A stretch of 64,000 bases of DNA from Vermamoeba vermiformis (Eukaryota). Of this stretch, positions 10,706 to 19,799 are shown piece after piece. Made by a program: the position numbers and the translations under genes. The notes under the pieces were generated by a model that searched no databases, was not told the DNA's origin, and saw only the letters and a list, made by a program, of their open reading frames with translations. The stretch spans positions 1 to 64,000 of the forward strand of contig JBEWZL010000243.1 of NCBI GenBank assembly GCA_045837725.1. Reading direction: 5' to 3'. How positions within the stretch are numbered: position 1 is the stretch's first letter; each line of letters opens with the position of its first letter.

Positions 10706-11025
10706 AATTGTTGCAGTGGTGACAGTGAATATTTCAATTCCCGTACATCGGGGGAGACCCCCCGCACCCCCCAACATCATTTTTTCCCCAAATCTTGGTA
10801 AAGTTAATTGACTTTACTTTCATGTCTGACATATCCCTGCCCAAAGTGATTTGCCTTGTGAACATTACATCATGATCTCTCAACTCTTTGAGCTTGCTTT
10901 ATCAACTTTGTAACCCTGTGGGGATGCATTTCACATTTGAATCTGTTCTTTTGTTCTGTACGTAATTCTTCAAATTTTACTCATCAATCACAACATGAAT
11001 GCAGAGCCCTTTTTGATTTATAATA

Positions 11026-13880
11026 CCCCTGCGGGGATTGAATTAATCCCCAGCTTAATGTGCGCAGAGCGCAATTTATCGGTCGGATTCTACGTTCATG
11101 CAAAATGCATCAAACTGACCTCGTTTTGATCGAATGAATCCCAAGACTAAGTGCTGTCAATTGTTTGGATCTATCTTGGCTTGTACAATGACCCCTGCGG
11201 GGATTGCATTAATCCCCAGCATAACGTGCACGAAGTGCAAAATCAATTAACGACACTCGAAGTTTTTGAGCAACGTATAATGTAAAGCACTTTTTAATTG
11301 GAATTACCCCCTGCAGGGATTGAACTAATCCCCAGCTTAATGTGCACGGAGCGCAACTATTCGGTCACATTCTACATTGGAGTGAAACTTTTGATTAATC
11401 CCTTACTACTTGCAACAAACAATAGTCAAAATCATAATCTTGAGGATCAGACCCCTGCGGGGAATGCAGCCCCGGAACTACACGTGCGCTCTTTTTTGTT
11501 CGGCCTTTTTTAGCTCCCAATTACTTTCTTAATGCTCTTCTTTGTTAGCTCCAACTACATTCTTTATGCTCTTTGTTTTTTGATTTTCATCCTCAATTCA
11601 CTGTTTTGTCATCAAGTCATTTGCAGCATCACATTGTCATGCCATCTTCAGGCTCAGTAAATTGTCATCATCATAATGATCCTCAATATCATCATCATCA
11701 CCATCATCCATAAAATTGACTCATTTTTCATCATTTCTCAGTGATCTAACCCCTGCGGGGAACACAGCCCCGGAACTGCACACGCGTTCTTTTTGTTTGG
11801 CCTTTACTTAGCACTCAATAGCGTTCTTAATGCTCTTTTTCATTAGCTCCAACTACTTTATTTATGCTCTTCTTATTTTAATAATCATCATCAATTCACT
11901 GTTTTGTCATTAATTGATTCGCACCATATCATCATTGTCATGATAATCATCTTCATCATTACATTTTCATCATCATCATCATTAAAACTACCCAGTTTTT
12001 GTCATTCCTCCATGAACTACCCCCTGCGGGGAAAGCAGCCCCGGACTACAAGCGCGTTCTTTTTGTTCGGCTTTACTTAGCTCCCAATTACCTTCTTAAT
12101 GCTCTTGTTTGTTAGCTCCAAGTACATCTTTATGCTCTTTGTTTTTTTATTTCCATCCTTGATTCGCTGTTTTGTTATCAAGTCACTCACACCATATCAT
12201 CATCAAATCATCATCTCATCATCATCATCACCATCATTGAATTATTTCAAGTATCATTGAATTTCTTGGTAACCTACCCCCTGCGGGGAAAGCAGCCCCG
12301 TTACTACAAGCGCGGTCTTTTTGTTCGGCGTTAACTTGCTCTCAGTACCGTTCTTTATGCTCTTCATTGTTAGCTCCAAGTACATTCTTTATGCTCTTTA
12401 TCCGTTGATTTTCATCATCAATTCACTATTTTGTCATTCGCATACCATCATCATAAGGGTCCATTGTCATCATCACCATGATCCTCATCCTTATCATCAT
12501 CATCATCCTCATCATCCTCATTGAATTAATTCAATTTTCATTCATTTTCATCTTAATTGACCCCCTGCGGGGAAAGCAGCCCCGGACTGCACGCGCGGTC
12601 TTTTTGTTCGGCATTTACTTGCTTTCAGTGCCATTCTTTATGCTCTTCGTTGTTAGCTCCAAGTACATTCTTTATGCTCTTGATTCGTTCAACCATATCA
12701 TCATCATTGCCATGATCATCATCTTGTCTTCATCATCATCATCATCATCATCCTCAGGATGATCATCATCACTGCATCATCATTACATCATCATCATCAT
12801 CATATCATCTAATTTCAATTTTCATTCATTTTCTTTAAAGTTACCCCCTGCGGGGATCAATCCCCGGAACTGCACTAGCGTTCTTTTTGTTTGGCTTTTA
12901 CTTTGCTCTCAATTCCGTTCTTAATGCTCTTTTTGCACGACATTGTCACATCATCATTATCATCCTTCTCATGATCATCATCATCATCATCATAATCATC
13001 ACCATCATTATCATCATTGTCATCATCATCAACTAATCTCAAATTTCACTGATTTTCTTCATAAGTTACCCCCTGCGGGGATTGATCCCCGGAAAAGAGT
13101 GCGCACGGAGCGCTATTAGATTCAAATACCGTTCTTTTTGCTCTTTTTCATGTGCGAAACTATGGGAATTACGCGCGTTAGCGCGATTATCCCATGCTTA
13201 AAGCACACGTGTACCAGTTAACCATCATTGATACCATTGCAATGATGATCATCATCAACATCATCGTCATCATCATCATTTAATTATCTCAATTTTCATC
13301 ACTTTTTTCAAAACTACCCCCTGCGGGGATTGATCCCCGGAAAAGAGCGCGCGCGGAGCGCTATTAGATCCAAATGACGTTCTTTTTGCTCTTTTTCATG
13401 TGCTAAATGATGGGAATTACGCGCGTTAGCGCGATTATCCCATGCTTAAAGCACACGTGTACCAGTTAACCATCATTGATACCATTGCAATGATGATCAT
13501 CATCGTCATCCTCATCATCATCATCATCATCTACTAATTTCACTTTTCATTGACTTTCTTCATAACTTACCCCCTGCGGGGATTGATCCCCAGAAAGAAC
13601 GCGCGCGGAGCGTGACTAGATCCAAATCGCGTTCTTTATGCTCTTTTTTACTTGAAAACGATGGGATTTACGCGCGTTAGCGCGACTATCCCGTATTTAA
13701 AGCACGCGTTGCTGTTACTTTACATTGATTACTATAGCAATGATGAAGAATGACATCCTTCATTCTTCTATTGATTTAAAGCATTCGTGTACCAATTAAC
13801 ATTCATTGATTAGAATTAACAATGAAATTTCATTCTCTTATCCTCATCATTTCATTCATTTTTATTTGGGCCCCGCGGGG
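11026..13880. repeat. Long-period (~115-300 bp) tandem array anchored by ACCCCTGCGGGG-loop-CCCC, with (CAT)n tails
   Basis: Anchors at 11026, 11192, 11307, 11452, 11750, 12020, 12277, 12561, 12844, 13069, 13317, 13570 and a remnant at 13871. Confidence 0.92.
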
Positions 13881-15025
13881 ATCTACGATGAACTCAATCA
13901 CGCATTAACACTAGTGATATTAAGGAGTTAATAATTGGTAATATTAATTGGAAAAGTGTAAATTAACTTACCTGTTAGCCGCATCCGTACTTTGTTCGAC
14001 ATCCAAGATCGCCAAGTCCTGGATCAACGCGTCGGGCCACCTAAACAATAAAAAGATATTAGATTAATTATTCGATGTGTTATAAAATGTAAATAACTTA
14101 CTCTTATGCGTTTAATGGTCCCGCCAAGTAAAATTTAGCGGATCGAGCCCGGTACTTCTCGATCAGCTTCATCGGGCTCGATCGTTCGTGTGAGTATTCC
14201 TATTAATATAACGCGTTAGTACTTGGCTTGTTAATCGTGATTATGTGCTTACCTTCGATATCTTTGACTTTAACCAGGATTTTTCAACGCGCGAAGTCGA
14301 CGATCTAGATCCGTGTTGAGTAACTTGTACCGCCTAAATAAAACGCTTTAGACTATTAAACAATAATAAAATAAACGATTTAAACTACTTACGGTTGCTT
14401 CATTATTGGGAATCGAGAGATCGGTTTCGCGCTCGATCTAAAACTCGCACCAAAGTTCTGATGTTCAAATTACTATTAAATAATGATTAATATATTATGT
14501 TAATAATAAAATAAACAGTAATTTATATTTTAAACGAGCACGAAGCTCGATTCGTATCTCGTAATTATTTAAGAGTAATTTTAAATTTTAAAATGACGCG
14601 TTCCCTGCGTCTAATTGAATGTTTTTATTATTGAAAAATAACTTACGGAATATTTCGATGCGTCCAACGCATCCGATCTTGGCATCAAGTTACCGAATCC
14701 GTCACCGAGCAGTGGCGACCATCCCTACAGTGGGACACGAACGGAAAAAGCCAGTATACCGTGAAACGACCATTGGTGGTCTGGATCTCGCGCATCGAAA
14801 GTGACTGGAACTTTCGATCGCGCTAAAAAACCGTAACAATAATCTAAATAAAAAATTACGCGTTAGAATATTGTATTTAGTATAATTTGATAAATATAAG
14901 TTAAAAATCCAGATAAAATCCGAGCACGAAGCTCGATCCGGATCTGATTGATTTTGGTTCCAAAATTTAGAAATTGAATTTACGATGTTAAAATAATATA
15001 CATGGTGAAAGGATATTAAAAAAAT

Positions 15026-15455
15026 TATTACCTTAAATTATCTCGGTCACTGCACCGAGATTTGATCGCGTTTTGATCGCGATCTTAAAGCCGCGCTGGA
15101 ACGACGCTGATTGTCGTTTGGCGCGTGTGTATGAATAAAAAATAAGCCATCTAAATAAACAAATCGACCCTTGTGGCCGATCTGTTGCGAATCCGAGATT
15201 CGCTACTGTCAATCTTCGAAATAACTCGCGCTGAACGGCCGTGTTGACCGTGGCGCGGCACTATCTGCTGTTATTAATCATTAAATAATAAATATATCGA
15301 CCCTTGTGGTCGATCTGTTGAATTGTTGATGCGAAATAGCCCGTGTGCCATTTTCGCATCAGCTCAGATCCGAAATATCTCGCGCTGAAACGGCTCTGGT
15401 GCCGCGGCGCGTTACTTTAAGCTGTAAAAATAAATAACCCTAGTGGTCGATCTGT
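15026..15455. repeat. Structured hairpin module, copy 2
   Basis: ATCTCGGTCACTGCACCGAGAT at 15040, three CGCGCTG-stem-GGCGCG units (~15092, 15226, 15380), each followed by an ACCCT(T/A)GTGG(C/T)CGATCTG element. Confidence 0.85.
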
Positions 15456-16375
15456 CCAAGTATTTAAACAATGCTTAATCTGCGTAACGGTCACTTCCTG
15501 ATTTAGAAAACCGACGTGTGTCGACTGCACGTGCTGCCAAAAAATTGTTCTGTGCTGGGATAAATCCTGGCACGGCTGACAATTTTAGCTCCGCACTGCT
15601 TTCATAACTAACCCACTAACTACGAGCACCACACCACAATGGTCGTGGAATTAATTTTATTATTTTCTTGGTCCAACGAAAGCAGCTGTGTTGCGTTTTG
15701 AATTAATATTAACAACACCAAGGTTCCGGGAGCTGATCGGCTGTCTGCTCCACTAACTTATGCTCGTACAGTGCGTAGTGCACTGCGGTGAGTTTTCCCT
15801 CATTAATAACTCGGAGCAGAATTTATCTTAATAATATTTAATTTAGATTTTCATCAGATCGTGGTCACGCGTTGTTGTTCTCCGCGCTCACTGCTGCGTA
15901 GGACTTAATTCAAAATGTCTCTGCGGCACAATGCAAAGACACATGCTTATAGGGTGCTAGCCAACAAGTACCTGACATTTGGTAAGTAAAAGAATTTTTA
16001 AATCTGGAACTTTAGATGCGCGGCATCTAATTTTTATCGTTTGTGTAGTGTAGCTTGCCTCCTTATAAGTGCCACACGTTCTGCGAGCTTCAACAGGACT
16101 GCTGGATAGTGAGCAACCTGCGTGAGGTAAGTCAGGTAGATTTTAACCTCGATCACGAATCTGACCCGTTGTGTGCAGCGTTTCATGACACGTCAAGTCC
16201 AACACAACCTCATCACTTTGATGCCAGTGCACGCACTGCTGCAGCTGGCCTCTTTATAAACACCACACGTCCCATGGGCTTATATTGGTCTGCCTAAGGT
16301 AAGTCAGGTTCGGTGTGCTTTTTTTAACTCGATCTAACACTCACCTGCCCAGTGTCCAGGAGTCATGCTCTCCCT

Positions 16376-17083
16376 GTGACCAGTCACACTCTCTGTCTGT
16401 GACCGGCCGGTCACGCGCTCTCCCTGTGACCGGTCACGCTCTTGCCTGTGACCAGCAGCCGGTCACGTGCTCTCCCTGTGACCAGCTGGTCACACTCTCT
16501 TGCCTGTGACCAGCCGGTCACGCTCTCTTGCCTGTGACCAGCCGGTCACACTCTCTCCCTGTGACCAGCCGGTCACACGCTCTCCCTGTCTCCCTGTGAC
16601 CAGCCGGTCACGCTCTTTCCCTGTGACCAGCCGGTCACACTCTCTGTCCGCAACCAGCTGATCACACTGCCTGCCCCTTGTGACCAGCCGGTCACGCTCT
16701 CTGTCTGCGACCAGCTGGTCACACTCTTTCCCTGTGACCAGCTGGTCACACTCTTTCTCCTATGACCAGCTGGTCACGCTCTCTGTCCCAGCTGGTCACA
16801 CTGTCTGCCCCTTGTGACCAGCCACGCTCTCTGTCCCAGCTGGTCACGTTCTCTGTCCCGCAACCAGCTGGTCACGCTCTTCCCTGTGACCAGCCGATCA
16901 CGCTCTTTCTCCTGTGACCAGCTGGTCACACTTCTGTCTATGGCCCCTGTGACTCAGTCTCTGCGCCTATGACCCTCTGGTCACGCTCCATGTCCTAGTG
17001 ACCAGCTGGTCACACCTAGTCTCTACCCCTGTGACCTGCTGGTCACGCTTCTGCCTATGGCCCACTGTAACCTATTGGTCATG
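16376..17083. repeat. Palindromic minisatellite GTGACC(A/G)GC(C/T)GGTCAC, ~26 units, ~27 bp period
   Basis: Repeated gtgaccagccggtcac/gtgaccagctggtcac separated by pyrimidine-rich linkers; decays to the right. Confidence 0.95.
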
Positions 17084-17288
17084 CCTAGCAGCTGGGTTGT
17101 AGCTGCATAAATAAAGCAAAATCTAAGGGTATCTGGATTTTTTTATTTGCCCTAAGACCCCTAAGCCCTAAAAGGCTATATAATAAATGTTTATTTACTT
17201 TTTTCACTATTCTTTGGGTTAGTGAACGTTGACAGGCTTTTTGAATATGGTTCGATTGCCTTGTAACTAGGTTTGACCACCTCAGAAA

Positions 17289-17450
17289 GCCTCGGAACTT
17301 GGTTCGACAGCCTCGGAACTTGGTTCGACAGCCTCGGAACTTGGTTCGACAGCCTCGGAACTTGGTTCGACAGCCTCGGAACTTGGTTCGACAGCCTCAG
17401 AACGTAGTTCGACTGCCTCAGAACTTGCTTGGAACTTGGTTTGCTGCCTC
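17289..17450. repeat. 21-bp tandem repeat (5 perfect + ~2 degenerate)
   Basis: Unit gcctcggaacttggttcgaca. Confidence 0.95.
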
Positions 17451-18185
17451 CCAACTTTGGCTAATCCTGACCCTGTGTTCAAGATGGTCATAACTGGGCT
17501 AGCCCCTATATGGCCAAGCCTTGTTATATATATAAATGGGATTACCTAAGCAAAATTTTGCTTAAGTAAAATTCAACACGGACTTTTGTTTATTTTAGTA
17601 ACTTTTCAAGGCTAGCCCTATATGGCCAGGCCCTTTTACATATATGAATTGGAGTTAGATTCGGTCGCTGCAACCTCCCACCACTCACTGTAGACGACAA
17701 GCCCACAGGTATAAATGAATATACATTTTACTATTTTGCATATTCAAATATTCTGACCCTTCATTATTAGGCTGGTACACATCAGGTCTTCAAGAATTCT
17801 TCGTTTGAGCGTAGTCCTTGGACTACGGTTGATCGAGAATTCTGCACTCTACAGGTTGGACGTGCATACAAATGAATAGACATTTTGTAAGTACGCATAT
17901 TCAAAATAGTTACCTGACGAAACTAAGTTCCTTAACTTTAGGCTCAGCCTTCATTGTAAACCTGCCAAGGCAAATAGATGAAAAAACAATGTTTGTGATT
18001 CAAAATTGGGAATACAAAGACAGTATACATTTTGGTATAATTGTATATTCAAAAATAAACAATATGTATTCAAATCATGGGGTTTTTTATTCAAAAATAT
18101 TACATTTTCTAGGCTTTAGGCCTATAAGCCTTAAATTAGCTAAGCCTAACTATATATTTAATTGCAGGATTCAGGTGTGTGCCCT

Positions 18186-18258
18186 GACCCCACGAAGGGG
18201 ATGCGTACCCCATCCCCATGAAGGAGATGCCTACCCTGTCCCCACAAAGGGGATGCCA
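18186..18258. repeat. ~27 bp tandem hairpin repeat, 3 copies
   Basis: ccccacgaagggggatgc / ccccatgaaggagatgc / ccccacaaaggggatgc. Confidence 0.75.
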
Positions 18259-18359
18259 TTGATATTTGGCGGGCCAAACCCTTTTTTTTTGTGTGGCCAG
18301 CCCTGTCAGCCAGCCTGGCCCTAAAGTATATATAATTCTCTTGCAAAAAAGTGAAACTT

Positions 18360-19607
18360 TTATTTGTATTCAGCCAACACATAAATTATGTTTTGATAAT
18401 CTTGCTTTTTTGCACTTTGTAAAGCCTTATGCTTTGCTCTGTTAGATATTTCTTCTTTGTAATTTTGTAGGGCAAATTTGACACTTTTCAGGTAGCCTTT
18501 CTTCGCAATGTAGATAAATGCATTATCTAGCCAATCAGAATCTATTTTTGGATGATGAATTAACACTTCAAGTACCTCCTTATGTCGATATTTGAGTGCT
18601 ACCACTACAGGATTTCTCTTTGATGGTTTTTTGGTTGGCATAATGCGTTGATCTTGTAGCAATAGTTCAACCATGGCAGGGCTTGAACATTTAGTTGTAA
18701 GGTACAACAAATAATTGTCAGCATAAAGATTTGGATTGATTTTCCCATCTTGAAGAATAAGTTGGAGGCTATCTTTGAAATTGTAGGTGATCACTTCTTT
18801 CCAAAGAGTGAATTGGTAATTGCTTGATTCCAATAGTCTTGCATTTGTAAGCAAAATTTTAATGCCTGATGAATGATGACTTAAAACTCTAACCACCACA
18901 TGGAAATCTGTCCTCTCTTCTTGCATCAATAGGCAAACAACTTCAATATTCCCTCCAGAAATGGCACTTTGTAATGCTCTTTCAAAGCTTGCTGCTGAAT
19001 AGAACCTTGGGTCTTGTCTAATCAGTTTGATAACTTCTACGGGGGCATATCTGTAAATTGCAGTTTTACGTGGCCAGCCTTCAAAGTTGTGTTCACTGAC
19101 AGCAAGAATATGCTGGACAATGTTGGTCCATCCTTTTATAATAGCTGTGAACAAGAGATTATCTGGTTGAATTGTTCTGGATAATTTATGACTTAAAAGA
19201 GTCTGAACGACTTGTTTATCTGCATCAGTAATCTCACTGTCTTCATTATTGACTACTGTGCCTATAGCCTCGTGTAGCGTGTGCTTAGAGGTATATCTGT
19301 CATCTTGAAGTAGTCGTTCAAGTAGCCTAAGGCTCCGTAACTCAGCAGCTTTTGCAAGCATCTCCTCAGATCTGGCAAGCACTCTAGTGTCATTGACTAT
19401 GTACTGAATAGCAACTCGATAAAACTCTTTGGATATTAATAACCAATCCAGTGATCCAAACGGCAAAATATTATATTTTATCACATCCATGGGAATGAAG
19501 GGATGTGAAGTGGGTCCAATTAGTATCGTCCTTGCTGCGTCTTCACTGTACTTTTTCCTCTTCGCATTGTGCTTGTAGGATGTGTCGTAGCTATTACTTC
19601 TCTTCAT
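18360..19607 (-). CDS. Intronless ankyrin-repeat protein with F-box-like N-terminal motif
   Basis: 415-aa ORF. Ankyrin-like repeats (ALQSAISGGNIEVVCLLM, MVELLLQDQRI, ALKYRHKEVLEVLI, AKKGYLKSVKFAL). IPMDVIKYNILPF...LLISKEFY is F-box-like; basic NLS-like AKRKK. Confidence 0.8.
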   Translation of the reverse strand: MKRSNSYDTSYKHNAKRKKYSEDAARTILIGPTSHPFIPMDVIKYNILPFGSLDWLLISKEFYRVAIQYIVNDTRVLARSEEMLAKAAELRSLRLLERLLQDDRYTSKHTLHEAIGTVVNNEDSEITDADKQVVQTLLSHKLSRTIQPDNLLFTAIIKGWTNIVQHILAVSEHNFEGWPRKTAIYRYAPVEVIKLIRQDPRFYSAASFERALQSAISGGNIEVVCLLMQEERTDFHVVVRVLSHHSSGIKILLTNARLLESSNYQFTLWKEVITYNFKDSLQLILQDGKINPNLYADNYLLYLTTKCSSPAMVELLLQDQRIMPTKKPSKRNPVVVALKYRHKEVLEVLIHHPKIDSDWLDNAFIYIAKKGYLKSVKFALQNYKEEISNRAKHKALQSAKKQDYQNIIYVLAEYK

Positions 19608-19799
19608 TCTACAATCGAGTTCATATTAATAAAATTATTTTAAATAATTTTGGGATACCGATAATTTACAGCAGATTTCAGAATACGAGTCCACTTACAG
19701 CTGATTTCATAAAACGTGTCATGGAAAATATTTCGTAAATTATTTACACCATTAAAATGATCGAAATAAATTAAATTGATTTTAAATTAATGGTTCATA

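Noticed and set aside
11026-17083. CRISPR arrays (CCCCTGCGGGG array; GTGACC array)
   Set aside because: Inter-repeat sequences are homologous to each other and of the wrong length, there are no cas genes, and the context is eukaryotic.
12321-17493. His/Ile-rich ORFs at 12321-12762 and heptapeptide ORFs at 17191-17493
   Set aside because: By-products of the (CAT)n microsatellite and the 21-bp repeat.
17120-18150. Telomeric repeats (scattered CCCTAA/CCTAA, also near 4595 and 5107-5135)
   Set aside because: Isolated degenerate hexamers, not tandem arrays; insufficient to call a telomere.
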